64,000 nt of DNA from an uncultured Clostridia bacterium (GCA_944388585.1 CALXJI010000003.1:4500-68499), one strand, 5' to 3'. Shown: positions 47,969 through 58,353, counted from the first letter of the stretch. Program-made: numbers and translations. Notes: generated by a model from the letters alone, not told the origin.

Positions 47969-48058
47969 AAAAAAAACCAAGCACATAGAGTATATTGCTT
48001 ATTGCTGCTTCCTTCCGGATCTGACAAGGTTCACAGTACTCTATCGCTTGGCATAGGA
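47969..48058 (-). ncRNA. ffs: signal recognition particle RNA, small (4.5S-like) type
   Basis: Minus strand carries GTCAGATCCGGAAGGAAGCAGC (the domain IV motif) inside a closing helix (gccaagc.atagagta / tactctat..gcttgg), followed by a T8 run. Sits immediately upstream of dnaX, as in Bacillus. Confidence 0.85.
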
Positions 48059-48098
48059 TTATTATACAATATATTCTATTTAAATTCAATAGTTATCT

Positions 48099-48788
48099 TT
48101 AAATAATAGTAAAAATATAATCTGATGTATCTTGTTTTAATATTGACATTCCCTTTTCTACAGTCTCTTCTGTAGGCATATTTAACGCTATTGTAGTCTT
48201 TACAATATTACCAGCTTCATCAGTAATTAATAAATCAAAAGAGACATTAAACTTTAAAGAAGATATGTCTATTCCTAAAGTTTTAAACATAGTTGCATCA
48301 TATTGAATAGTCTCTACATTTTCTGCAACTCTTTGACCTGTTAACACATCTTTATTATTTATATATAAATTTAATACATATTTTTCATTTTCTTGTTCTA
48401 AATCCAATTCAATGCTTTTTAACTCTGGAGTTATATCATATTTTTTGTCTTCATTTTGATATATTTCCATTTTGCCTCTTAATATTGGATCTGATACCAT
48501 TAAATTTTCAATTCTAATATTATTTGCTTTAACATTTGGATCAATTAATATAGATATTTGATTTGTTTGAGTTATATCAAAAATCATATCTGAAAGTTTA
48601 GTTAGTTCCACATTTTCATCTTGAACCTCTTTTACATCAGCACTAGATCTTACGATAACATCACTTATTCTATAATTTCCTTGATTTACTTTTCCTGTAG
48701 TGTCTAGCAAAACATTAGCTACTAATACAGTAACTATTACAGAAACAATAGCAATAATAATTATAGCTATTCCCTTTACTTTATCCAT
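48099..48788 (-). CDS. hypothetical bitopic membrane protein (229 aa)
   Basis: GGAGG RBS. A single N-terminal TM helix, then a soluble domain. No motif recognised. Confidence 0.6.
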   Translation of the reverse strand: MDKVKGIAIIIIAIVSVIVTVLVANVLLDTTGKVNQGNYRISDVIVRSSADVKEVQDENVELTKLSDMIFDITQTNQISILIDPNVKANNIRIENLMVSDPILRGKMEIYQNEDKKYDITPELKSIELDLEQENEKYVLNLYINNKDVLTGQRVAENVETIQYDATMFKTLGIDISSLKFNVSFDLLITDEAGNIVKTTIALNMPTEETVEKGMSILKQDTSDYIFTII

Positions 48789-48861
48789 ATATTATCCTCC
48801 AATTTACAAATAAATTATACTATATAAATCTTTAAATTACAACAAATACAAAATAGATTAT

Positions 48862-48887
48862 AAAAAAGACCTATATAAGGTCTTTTT
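48862..48887 (-). terminator. intrinsic terminator at the end of the T4CP gene
   Basis: aaaaagacc-ttatat-aggtctttttt on the minus strand. Confidence 0.75.
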
Positions 48888-50988
48888 AATTGTTATTTTT
48901 ATTAGCTTTTCCAAAAAGTTTATCAAATTTAGACTCCAATTCTGATTGTAAATCAAAATCATCATTATTCTTAGTCTCTCTCTTATCTTCAACATGAGAT
49001 ATAGGATCAACATCACTATTTTCATATAAATCATTATATGAAAGTTTTCCAAGTCCTTCTGCTATTGGTTTATCTTGATTTACATTAGAATTTAAATTAT
49101 CTTTATTTGCATAAGTCTTTTTTGAAGAATCAGAATCATTATTATTTAATCCGCTAAAAGAAGATGTGTCTATATCCACCTCTTTCGATCTAGCTTTTAA
49201 AACTTCTTGTGCTTTTCTTTTTCTTTCAATTATATGTTGTTGAACATCGAAAAACCTATATGGTATTGATTCAGGAACTGGCATTTCAGTAATATCTGCT
49301 ATAGTAAAGCTATCTGCTATTTGGCGTTTTGGATGATATTTAAAATACCATGCCTTTTCAGCAAGTATAGGTTTTAATCCTCTTACTAAAAGAATCTCTT
49401 TATTATTATCCATTCTTCTAATTTCATCTACAGTCATAAGATCTCTAGCTTGCTTTTGGGTGCTAATAGAAACACCTTGCTTTTGACTTTCTGTCTTATC
49501 CTTATTAATAGATTTTGACTGTATTTTTATAGTTGTTTGCCCCAAACTCTTAGAAAAATATTCCGCTGTTTTTTGTGAGTTTGTACCAAGTAAAATTTGA
49601 GTATCACAGTTACCTAATATATTTTCATATGATTCTTTATATAATCCTTCTAGCTGATCTAAAGATTGAACAATAATTGAAACACTTATACCTAAGCTTC
49701 TTGTAGTACTTAGCTTTTTCTGAAAATCTGGTATTTGACCAATATTTGCAAACTCATCAAGTAAGAAATATACTTGATTTGGAAGCTTTGATCCAAAATC
49801 ATCTGCTTGCTTATATAATATAGAAAACATCTGACTAAAGAACATAGTTGATACAAAATCATATGTACTTTCTGCAGCTGAAGTAATAACATATATTGCT
49901 GTTTTTTTCATTGCGATTTGTCTAAAATCTATATTATTTGATGAAGTAATTCTTTGAATTGGTCCAGAATCAAAGACTGTCATTTTAGAAATAGCAGATA
50001 TTACTATACTCTGTTTTGTCTTATCTGCTGAAGTTCTAAAGCTCTCATATTCTTTTCTACCTGGATGTTCTGGTTTAAGCTCATCTATAAATAATTTGTC
50101 AAAAATAGATGCATCTGATCCACCTTGACGAATAAGATTTATACAACTTCCTATATTTTGCTCTTCCATTGGAAGTACAGATAATGCATAATAAATAGCG
50201 GCTTTAATTAGCATTTTAGCTGTATCTTCCCAGAATGGATCATCTCCACCGCCTTCTTTTTTAACACCTGTTACTAAAATATGGGCTAATGTATCAACAT
50301 CTTGCTCGGAACAGATATTAAATAATGGATTGTAGAAATCACTAAATTTTGGATTAACTAAATTAAATACTTTTATATCATATCCTTCACTCTGTAAAAA
50401 TTTTGATGTTTCTTTATATAATTCACCTTTTGGATCTGTTATAACGTATGAACCTAAACATTGTAATATATTAGGCTTTATATAACATGCTGTTTTACCA
50501 GAACCAGATCCACCAACAACTAATACATTTTTATTGATAATAACTTTTTTTAAATCAGTACCTAAATAATGTCTCCTACTTAATATGAAACCTTCTTTTT
50601 TATTTAAAATTTCTTTTCCATCGGATCTTTTTGCATATTCTTCTCCATTAGCACTCCAACGGCTAGATCCATTTTCTCTTCCTTCATATTCACTTTTACC
50701 AGAATTTTGAATCTTTACAACTAAATATATTCCAAATACTATAACAAACATCCACAAAGTAATTTGTAAAAACAGTCCAAAATCACTAAACATTCCCGAA
50801 AAGAAAGACATATTAGTAATGTTTCCAATCCATGTTGACAAAACATCAAAAAGTAGCGAATCAGATCCTAAAGCTTTAGCATCTGTTATTGATTTAGTTA
50901 AAGCTCCTCCTAGTACTACAGATGCTATTAATGCTATAACTATTAATATTGGTGCTTTACTTTTTAAATCTTCAAAAAATCCTCTCAT
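48886..50988 (-). CDS. type IV secretion coupling protein (VirD4/TraG family ATPase)
   Basis: Two N-terminal TM helices, Walker A VVGGSGSGKT, ITDPKGE, Walker B region YFLLDEFANIG, and SIIVQSLDQLE. Long acidic/N-rich C-terminal tail. Confidence 0.8.
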   Translation of the reverse strand: MRGFFEDLKSKAPILIVIALIASVVLGGALTKSITDAKALGSDSLLFDVLSTWIGNITNMSFFSGMFSDFGLFLQITLWMFVIVFGIYLVVKIQNSGKSEYEGRENGSSRWSANGEEYAKRSDGKEILNKKEGFILSRRHYLGTDLKKVIINKNVLVVGGSGSGKTACYIKPNILQCLGSYVITDPKGELYKETSKFLQSEGYDIKVFNLVNPKFSDFYNPLFNICSEQDVDTLAHILVTGVKKEGGGDDPFWEDTAKMLIKAAIYYALSVLPMEEQNIGSCINLIRQGGSDASIFDKLFIDELKPEHPGRKEYESFRTSADKTKQSIVISAISKMTVFDSGPIQRITSSNNIDFRQIAMKKTAIYVITSAAESTYDFVSTMFFSQMFSILYKQADDFGSKLPNQVYFLLDEFANIGQIPDFQKKLSTTRSLGISVSIIVQSLDQLEGLYKESYENILGNCDTQILLGTNSQKTAEYFSKSLGQTTIKIQSKSINKDKTESQKQGVSISTQKQARDLMTVDEIRRMDNNKEILLVRGLKPILAEKAWYFKYHPKRQIADSFTIADITEMPVPESIPYRFFDVQQHIIERKRKAQEVLKARSKEVDIDTSSFSGLNNNDSDSSKKTYANKDNLNSNVNQDKPIAEGLGKLSYNDLYENSDVDPISHVEDKRETKNNDDFDLQSELESKFDKLFGKANKNNN

Positions 50989-51009
50989 TCCATATACCCC
51001 TCTATATTA

Positions 51010-51225
51010 TTATATTATTGGTTGATTTTCATCTATTTTCCTATCTTTATCTTCTTTTTTTCTTACTTCTTTTCTTTTTTTCTCACTCTCAATCAGCTTT
51101 TTATTATCAAGATAAATATCAAATTTTCGTTCCTTACCACTTTTTTCTATCTTTATTTCGTCTCCTTCATAAGTTAGCCTTCCTGGTAATATTGTTGCAT
51201 TTCCTTTTACTTTTTCCACACTCAT
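51010..51225 (-). CDS. small basic hypothetical protein (71 aa)
   Basis: GGGAG RBS. 21 nt upstream of the T4CP start. No motif recognised. Confidence 0.5.
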   Translation of the reverse strand: MSVEKVKGNATILPGRLTYEGDEIKIEKSGKERKFDIYLDNKKLIESEKKRKEVRKKEDKDRKIDENQPII

Positions 51226-51245
51226 TTTTATACTCCCTTCATAAA

Positions 51246-51773
51246 TTAATCTTCTTCAAATCTAACTTCCAAAACAATATATGGTCTATTAGGCATGATC
51301 TTACATCTTCCTTTTATTTGACCTGTTACTTCATCTTTATATAAAGATGGTTTTACTTCTTCACCTGTTTGTGAGTCAATAATTGAAAAATTTCTTTTCA
51401 TATCTGGTGTATAATTTACCTCTTTATATTCTACACCTTCTATGTTATATATCGAACCATAACTTAATGGAATATTAGTCTCTTCTGTTCTAAAGCCTTG
51501 ACTATCTAAAACACCTGTACTTAAAAATGCTTTCCTATCAGTGAGTGTTAATAAAATAATATCATCAATTTCATCTTCCTCTTCTACTAACACATTAAAT
51601 ATTTTTTTTATTTTTCCTTCTTCCTCTACTTCTACACTTCTGATTTTTTCTAAAGATAACAAAGAATATCCTTGAGCATAAGCATCATAGTCTTTTTCAA
51701 TCAAAAATGCTAAAGTGTTCATTCCAGGCATATCAATAACTTCAAATTTATTCATTTGTAATAAACTTTCCAT
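51246..51773 (-). CDS. hypothetical protein (175 aa, acidic)
   Basis: GAGAGG RBS. Tightly packed in the operon. No motif recognised. Confidence 0.55.
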   Translation of the reverse strand: MESLLQMNKFEVIDMPGMNTLAFLIEKDYDAYAQGYSLLSLEKIRSVEVEEEGKIKKIFNVLVEEEDEIDDIILLTLTDRKAFLSTGVLDSQGFRTEETNIPLSYGSIYNIEGVEYKEVNYTPDMKRNFSIIDSQTGEEVKPSLYKDEVTGQIKGRCKIMPNRPYIVLEVRFEED

Positions 51774-51795
51774 ACTCCAACCTCTCTTTTATATA

Positions 51796-52491
51796 TTAAA
51801 CTTTTCTGACTAATACCATTGGTGTAAGTGTCTTAGCTTGACCTGCAGGATTATCCTTAACCATTCCTTTAAGTTCAGCATCATCATACCCTATGCTATC
51901 TGCTTTACCTAAAATTTCAACATTAAAGTCATTTGCATCTACAATCATACATTTAACACCTGTAGCTTCATATATTTCATTGCATACTCCTGTTGAGTTT
52001 TCTGGTATTCTTATACCAAATTCTGCATAATCTGAAAATACATTTCCATAAAATCCGTCAAGTCCACTAACTTCTTGACCAACTATTTCATAGAATACTC
52101 CTCTTTTTCCAAATAATTTGCATACTCCACCTGCAATAGCTGCCCAAATTACTTTTAAACGTCCACATAAATTAATTGCAAACTGCATTTTATATGGGTT
52201 ATCAACACCAACACCTGCATCACTTCTCATTGCAAATTTAGATAGAAATTTTGCAAGTCCTGTTACTTTTACATCTTTTTTATATACAATTCTTCTTTGG
52301 CAAAGACTTATTATCTTCTCACTTATAGATACTATATCTCCTTCCTCATAAATAGGAACAACATACTTTTTTATTAAATCTATATAACTTTCTCCTAATT
52401 GTACATAATGAGTTTGAATTGCATGTCTAATATATTTGTTTTCTCCTACTTGTATTTCTACATTTTTTCCTTCTAAAGCTTTAAATTCCAT
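51796..52491 (-). CDS. CofE-like (F420-0:gamma-glutamyl ligase family) protein
   Basis: EEGDIVSISEKIISLCQRRIV and the overall pattern resemble the family. GGGAGG lies before the ATG at 52491. This assignment is tentative. Confidence 0.45.
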   Translation of the reverse strand: MEFKALEGKNVEIQVGENKYIRHAIQTHYVQLGESYIDLIKKYVVPIYEEGDIVSISEKIISLCQRRIVYKKDVKVTGLAKFLSKFAMRSDAGVGVDNPYKMQFAINLCGRLKVIWAAIAGGVCKLFGKRGVFYEIVGQEVSGLDGFYGNVFSDYAEFGIRIPENSTGVCNEIYEATGVKCMIVDANDFNVEILGKADSIGYDDAELKGMVKDNPAGQAKTLTPMVLVRKV

Positions 52492-52540
52492 AAAAAGACC
52501 TCCCATCTTGTTAAAATAATACTATTTTAATTTTATTATA

Positions 52541-52572
52541 AAAAAAAATAAATGTCAATATTATTGACATTT
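52541..52572 (-). terminator. intrinsic terminator after the ClpX-like gene
   Basis: aaatgtcaa-taata-ttgacattt followed by a T-run on the minus strand. Confidence 0.75.
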
Positions 52573-52591
52573 ATTTTTATTTTGTTTACAA

Positions 52592-53932
52592 TTAAATTTT
52601 AGCTTCTTTTTTACATAATTTAAAACTATTATTATTATATACAGTATCCTTAGTTATAATGCAGTCATACTTATAATATTTACCATTTTTACTAGTTTTA
52701 TTAAGTATAACATCAGAATATATATTAGAAAACATATCTACAACAATTTGTCTTAATCCTCTTGCTCCCATTTTTAACTTTACTGCTCTTTTAGCTATAT
52801 GTTTTATAATATCACTTTCTTTTTCCATTTTTACATTTATTCCTAAATTAGATAGCTCTTTAATGTAAAATTTAAAAATAGAATTATTAGACTCTAATAA
52901 AATTCTTGTTGCCATTTCTTCATTCATACTTTTAAATTCTATAATTTTATCTATTCTACCAATAAGCTCTGTTTTAAAACCTGCATTTATTAAATCATCA
53001 GGTAGAAAATTAGGATTTTTGCCTTTGTCAAGTAATAGTTCAACTTGTTTTTTATTATCATTATTTTCTCTAAATCCAATGTTTTTATTTCCAAGTCTTT
53101 TATCTCTTGCTAAATATACATTTTCACAAGCACCAATAAAAATAAAAGTAACTAGACTTGTATCAAAAGATCCAACAGTTGTCAAAACATTAGATCCCTC
53201 AACAAGCTTTAATAAACTTTCTTGAACACTTGTAGTTGAAACTCCACTTTCCCTATCTCCACTATCTGTCTTTTTATCTATTTCATCAAAAATAATAATT
53301 CCTCTTGAAGCTTTTTTTAAATCTGCTCCAGCAACATTTATCAAGTTAATAATTGCTTGTTCAACACTAGCTCCAACATATCCTTCTTGAGTATATTTGG
53401 AAGCATCTTCTATTGTATACGGTAAATCCAATTGATTTGCTATTTGTTTTACACTTTCTGTCTTTCCATTTCCGCTTTCTCCAATTAAAAATATATTGCT
53501 TTTAAACTGTGGATTAGTAGTTGTATTATTTCTTATTATAGTCGTAATTATTTCTTTTATTGCATCATCTTGTCCTATAATATATTTTTTTACATTATTA
53601 TATATTTCTACTGGATTTATTTTTTTTTGAACTATTTTTTTGTTAGAGGTAATATTGTTTTTATATAAATTGCCACTACCTAAGCTTTTACTATAGTATT
53701 CATCCATATCGTCATATAAATCATCATAATACTCTGGAGAAAACTTCATTTCATCTAATACATCTAACATCTCCTCAAATTTTTCAAGATAATGATATTG
53801 TAAGTCTTTATTACAATTTTCGCATAAAAATCCTCTTTTTTCATTCCCAAAAGTTATATCAAAAATTTTTTCTTTAGATTGTATTTCTTTTTTACAAAGA
53901 ATACATCTTAAAACTTTATCTATATTACTCAT
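52592..53932 (-). CDS. divergent ClpX-like AAA+ unfoldase with an N-terminal zinc ribbon
   Basis: CILCKK...CENCNK, Walker A GESGNGKTE, pore loop GYVG, Walker B IIIFDEIDK, an IGF tripeptide, and GARGLR. Confidence 0.75.
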   Translation of the reverse strand: MSNIDKVLRCILCKKEIQSKEKIFDITFGNEKRGFLCENCNKDLQYHYLEKFEEMLDVLDEMKFSPEYYDDLYDDMDEYYSKSLGSGNLYKNNITSNKKIVQKKINPVEIYNNVKKYIIGQDDAIKEIITTIIRNNTTTNPQFKSNIFLIGESGNGKTESVKQIANQLDLPYTIEDASKYTQEGYVGASVEQAIINLINVAGADLKKASRGIIIFDEIDKKTDSGDRESGVSTTSVQESLLKLVEGSNVLTTVGSFDTSLVTFIFIGACENVYLARDKRLGNKNIGFRENNDNKKQVELLLDKGKNPNFLPDDLINAGFKTELIGRIDKIIEFKSMNEEMATRILLESNNSIFKFYIKELSNLGINVKMEKESDIIKHIAKRAVKLKMGARGLRQIVVDMFSNIYSDVILNKTSKNGKYYKYDCIITKDTVYNNNSFKLCKKEAKI

Positions 53933-54011
53933 AAGAATCCCTCCTTTATTAAAAATTAGGTAATATTTAATATGCGTGAATTTATAATACCACTATTATT
54001 TTTATATGTCA

Positions 54012-54045
54012 ACAAAAAATAAAAAAAGTCCTAAAATTAGGACCT
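54012..54045 (-). terminator. intrinsic terminator after rnpB
   Basis: gtcct-aatttt-aggac followed by ttttttt on the minus strand. Confidence 0.7.
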
Positions 54046-54056
54046 CTTTTAACTTT

Positions 54057-54375
54057 AGCATCTCATAAGCCGGATTCTGTATTAGATGATCATTTATCTA
54101 GAGTATATATCGCTATATACTTCAAGCCACCAACTTAAAAGATGACGAGCAATCTTAGTCTTTTGTTCTGGTGTTGCACTAGGTGGGGTTTACACCACAT
54201 CTATGTCTCCATAGCTGCTCGTGAGCTCTTACCTCACGTTTTCACCCTTGCTATTATAGCGGTTATTTTCTGTTGCACTTTCCTTAGGATTACTCCCACT
54301 AGACGTTATCTAGCACCCTGCTCTATAGTGTCCGGACTTTCCTCTTGCATATACAAGCGATCATCTGAGATACTA
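54057..54375 (-). ncRNA. rnpB: RNase P RNA
   Basis: Minus strand carries GAGGAAAGTCCGGAC near the 5' end, GTAAACCCC internally and ACAGAATCCGGCTTA near the 3' end. The ends are approximate. Confidence 0.9.
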
Positions 54376-54422
54376 AAGTAATTATATTATAACATAAATT
54401 TTAAAAAAAATAAAGGTGGTAT

Positions 54423-55604
54423 TTATTCCACCTTCATTTGCTCTATAGATTTATTTTTATTTACCTTTTCTTGTATTAACTTATATATTACTGATGCAAT
54501 TGGTACTGCAACGAGCATTCCTATAATACCTAGACTATTTCCACCAAGAAGTACTGCAAGCATTACCCAAATACCAGGTAGTCCAACAGAATCTCCTACT
54601 ATTTTTGGATATATTAAATTTCCATCTATTTGTTGTAAAACTATTATAAATACAACAAACCATAAAGCTTGCATTGGATTTACTGCAAGTATTAATATTG
54701 CTCCAATAGCCGTACCAAAAAAAGCTCCAAATACTGGAATAAGTGCTGTTACACCTATTAGTACAGAAATTGTTAATGCATATGGCATTCTAAATATTTG
54801 CATTCCTATAAAACATAATGTTCCAAGTAATACTGCTTCAACAAATTGACCACCAAAGAATTTTTTAAAAGTATTATTTGTTATTTTTCCTATATAGAGT
54901 AATTTACTTGCTTTACTTTCAGATACACAAGCATTAACCAATTTTTTTAATTGTCTTACAAGTGTCTCTTTTTGCATTAACATATAAATAGCAAATACAA
55001 GTCCCATAAAGAAATTAAATACTCCACTAAACAATCCTATAATAAATCTAATAGATCCTCCAATTATGCCTGCAGCAGCATTTTTTATTACATTAGTTAT
55101 ATCAGTATCTATTGCTTGCCAGTCTGGTGTATAAGATCTTATTTTTTCAAAAATATCAGGATAATTTGACATCATATCAGCAAGCCATTCTTGACATTTA
55201 GCAAAAGCTGCAGGAATATTTTCTTTAAAAATATTAAATGTATTAATAATTTCTGGTATAACTAAAAACATAGTTAAACAAATTATTCCTATAAAAATTA
55301 ATAATGAAACTATTATTCCTAGTACTCTAAGCTTAGTATTCTTCTTTTCAGGAATATTTTTAGATTCTTTCTGTTTAGCCTTTTTCTTTAATTTTCTATT
55401 TTTTATCATTCCTTCAAACTTACTTAAAGGTATGTTTAAAATAAAAGCTAAACAAAATCCATATAAGAAAGGTTTCAGCAAATTAAAAAGATAGCTAAAC
55501 ACTTTGAAAACTACATCCAAATTTAAAAGTGCTAAGCATAAAACAATAGCATATGTTATTATAAGCAAAATCTTTTTCAAATTTTTAGGACTAAGCTCAA
55601 ACAT
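54423..55604 (-). CDS. AI-2E family transporter (PerM/YdiK-like permease)
   Basis: About 8 TM helices, with C-terminal QQIDGNLIYPKIVG typical of the family. GGAGG lies before the ATG at 55604. Confidence 0.8.
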   Translation of the reverse strand: MFELSPKNLKKILLIITYAIVLCLALLNLDVVFKVFSYLFNLLKPFLYGFCLAFILNIPLSKFEGMIKNRKLKKKAKQKESKNIPEKKNTKLRVLGIIVSLLIFIGIICLTMFLVIPEIINTFNIFKENIPAAFAKCQEWLADMMSNYPDIFEKIRSYTPDWQAIDTDITNVIKNAAAGIIGGSIRFIIGLFSGVFNFFMGLVFAIYMLMQKETLVRQLKKLVNACVSESKASKLLYIGKITNNTFKKFFGGQFVEAVLLGTLCFIGMQIFRMPYALTISVLIGVTALIPVFGAFFGTAIGAILILAVNPMQALWFVVFIIVLQQIDGNLIYPKIVGDSVGLPGIWVMLAVLLGGNSLGIIGMLVAVPIASVIYKLIQEKVNKNKSIEQMKVE

Positions 55605-55797
55605 ATAAGTTCCTCCTTTAATAAATATATTATAACATAAATTACTGCAAATATATACATTTATGTAAATTTTCATAACTATTTAGTCTACAAATTAATA
55701 ATTTACATTACCTTTATATTATACCATAATATATATTTTTTGCAAATATAAAGAGCAATATACTGAAATATTGCTCTTTATCTATTAATTTTATTTA

Positions 55798-58251
55798 TTA
55801 TTCTTCTTGATCTTCATTTGGAAGTTTTGCTATATTTATTAATTTTCCTCCATCAGAAGTTCTCATAAGTGTAACACCTTGTGTATTTCTTCCTAAAATA
55901 CTTATGTCATTTACATTTATTCTAATAATTATTCCATTATCTGTAATCATCATAACATCGTCATCATCATCAACAATTTCTACTCCAACAATATTACCAG
56001 TCTTAGCTGTGATTTTATATGTAAGAACACCCTTTCCTGCTCTTCCTTGACATCTATACTCTTCAAGCTCTGTTCTTTTACCAAATCCATTTTCTGTAAT
56101 TGTTAATACATATCCTTTATCTTCTTTTATTGGCTCCATACCAACAACTTTATCATCTTTAGTAAGTTCTATTCCTTTTACTCCCATAGATGTTCTACCA
56201 ACAGCTCTTACCTCTTCTTCTTTAAATCTAATTGAAAGACCATTTTTTGTAACCATTATAATTTCATTATTTCCATCTGTAAGTCTTACATCTATTAATT
56301 CATCACTTTCTTTTAAGGTAATAGCTTGAATACCTGTTTTTCTTATATTTGAATATTCAGATAATTTTGTCTTTTTAATTAAACCATTACTTGTAGCCAT
56401 AAGTACATATAACGAATCATCATCAAAATTTTCAACTGGCATAACTGCTGCAATTTTTTCACCTTGTGAAAGTTGTAATAAATTTACAATTGCTGTTCCT
56501 TTTGCAGTTCTGCTTGCCTCTGGAAGCTCATATGTTTTTAATCTAAATACTTTACCAGTATTAGTAAAAAACATTAAACTATTATGTGTTGATGTAATAA
56601 ATAAATTTTCAACAAAGTCTTCTTCACGTGTATTCATAGCAGTTAATCCTTTTCCACCACGCCTTTGACTTCTATAAACATCTGCAGCTATTCTTTTAAT
56701 ATATCCAAAATGAGTAAGAGTAACTACATTTGTCTCCTCTTTTATTAAAGATTCTACATCGATATCTCCCACTCCATGAGTTATAGAAGTTCTTCGTTCA
56801 TCACCGTACTTATTTTTTAATTCTATAACTTCTTCTTTTATTATATTCTTAACTAATTGCTCAGATGCCAAAACATCTTTTAAATGTTTTACTAATGCTA
56901 TAAGTTCATTATATTCTTCTTCAATTTTATCTCTTTGTAATCCTTGTAATGTTCTAAGTTTCATTTCAAGAATAGCTTGAGCTTGAACCTCACTAAGTCC
57001 AAATCTTTCCATTAAATTTTGAGCAGCATTATCATATGAATTTCTAATAATTTTTATTATTTCATCTATATGATCAATAGCAATTCTTAAACCTTCTAAA
57101 ATATGAAGTCTTGCCTCTGCTTTATTTAAATCAAATTTTGTTCTTCTTACTACAACTTGCTCTCTATGCTTTATATATTCTGCAAGTATCTCCCTTAAAG
57201 TCAACACTTTTGGAACACCATTTACAATAGCAAGCATTAGCATACTTTGTGTATTTTGTAACTGTGTATGTTTGTATAGTAAATTTAGTACAACATTTGG
57301 GTTTGCATCTCTTTTTAATTCTATAACTATTCGCACACCTTCTCTATCTGATTCATCTCTTAAATCTGAAATTCCCTCGATAGTCTTAACTTGTACAAGT
57401 TTTGCTATATTTTGAATTAAAGCAGCTTTATTTACTTGATAAGGGATTTCTGTAACTATTATTTTATATCTTCCCCTATTATCTTCTTCAATTTCTGCTT
57501 TAGCTCTTAAACATACTTTTCCTCTTCCTGTTGTATATGCCTCTTTAATTCCTTCTTTTCCAACTATTACACCAGCAGTTGGAAAATCTGGTCCCTTTAT
57601 ATATTGCATTAATTCCTCATTTGTTATATCTGGATTGTCTAATTGAGCAACAATTCCATTTACAACTTCTGTTAAATTATGAGGTGGTATATTAGATGCC
57701 ATACCAACGGCAATACCATAAGCCCCATTTATTAGCAAATATGGTAGCTTTGCTGGTAATACAGATGGTTCTTTTAGTCTATCATCATAATTTGGTACAA
57801 AATCTACTGTATCTTTATCTAAATCTGCTAACATTTCTAATGCTATTTTATGCAATTTAGCTTCTGTATATCTCATTGCAGCTGGTGGATCATTATCTAT
57901 TGAACCAAAGTTACCGTGTCCATCAACTAGAGGATATCTTAGTGAAAAATCTTGTGATAGACGAACCAAAGCATCATATATAGCAGCATCACCATGTGGA
58001 TGGTAATTACCCATAGTTTCTCCAACTATACTTGCAGATTTTCTATATGGTTTATCTGGCCATAAAGCCAAATCATTCATAGCATATAATATTCTTCTAT
58101 GAACAGGTTTTAAACCATCTCTTACATCCGGTAAAGCACGAGAAACTATAACGCTCATTGCATAATCAATATATGATCTTTTCATTTCATCTTCTATTTT
58201 TACGGGTACAATTTTTTGTGCCGATAAAAAGTTCTCATCATTAATGTCCAT
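55798..58251 (-). CDS. gyrA: DNA gyrase subunit A
   Basis: DGLKPVHRR, active-site [10 protein letters not shown], and the GyrA box QRRGGKG. Confidence 0.9.
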   Translation of the reverse strand: MDINDENFLSAQKIVPVKIEDEMKRSYIDYAMSVIVSRALPDVRDGLKPVHRRILYAMNDLALWPDKPYRKSASIVGETMGNYHPHGDAAIYDALVRLSQDFSLRYPLVDGHGNFGSIDNDPPAAMRYTEAKLHKIALEMLADLDKDTVDFVPNYDDRLKEPSVLPAKLPYLLINGAYGIAVGMASNIPPHNLTEVVNGIVAQLDNPDITNEELMQYIKGPDFPTAGVIVGKEGIKEAYTTGRGKVCLRAKAEIEEDNRGRYKIIVTEIPYQVNKAALIQNIAKLVQVKTIEGISDLRDESDREGVRIVIELKRDANPNVVLNLLYKHTQLQNTQSMLMLAIVNGVPKVLTLREILAEYIKHREQVVVRRTKFDLNKAEARLHILEGLRIAIDHIDEIIKIIRNSYDNAAQNLMERFGLSEVQAQAILEMKLRTLQGLQRDKIEEEYNELIALVKHLKDVLASEQLVKNIIKEEVIELKNKYGDERRTSITHGVGDIDVESLIKEETNVVTLTHFGYIKRIAADVYRSQRRGGKGLTAMNTREEDFVENLFITSTHNSLMFFTNTGKVFRLKTYELPEASRTAKGTAIVNLLQLSQGEKIAAVMPVENFDDDSLYVLMATSNGLIKKTKLSEYSNIRKTGIQAITLKESDELIDVRLTDGNNEIIMVTKNGLSIRFKEEEVRAVGRTSMGVKGIELTKDDKVVGMEPIKEDKGYVLTITENGFGKRTELEEYRCQGRAGKGVLTYKITAKTGNIVGVEIVDDDDDVMMITDNGIIIRINVNDISILGRNTQGVTLMRTSDGGKLINIAKLPNEDQEE

Positions 58252-58325
58252 TATATTCATACCTCCGTTTGTGTTTTCACTCCCATATTATACTAAAAAA
58301 AAAATAAAAAAGCAAGTTAATAATC

Positions 58326-58353
58326 TTGAATTTTACATTAAATATGATATAAT
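58326..58353 (+). promoter_or_regulatory. sigma-A promoter with extended -10 for the cbpA-like gene
   Basis: TTGAAT, a 16-nt spacer (ending in TGA), then TATAAT. Confidence 0.55.

Noticed and set aside
47955-48089. N-terminal extension of the dnaX ORF in the six-frame track (MNLNRIYCIIILCQAIEYCEPCQIRKEAA...).
   Set aside because: It reads through the SRP RNA gene and its T8 terminator. The conserved DnaX N-terminus (LYRKYRP) starts just after a GAGGTG plus TTG start at 47954.
50819-51344. Plus-strand ORFs (68 and 131 aa) across the T4CP start and the 71-aa gene. Also same-strand alternative-frame ORFs at 48858-49052 and 49710-49892.
   Set aside because: They overlap better-supported minus-strand genes, have a low-complexity F/L/S composition, and have no SD.
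54142-54381. 79-aa plus-strand ORF.
   Set aside because: It lies entirely inside the RNase P RNA gene, on the opposite strand. It is a by-product of the locally higher GC content.
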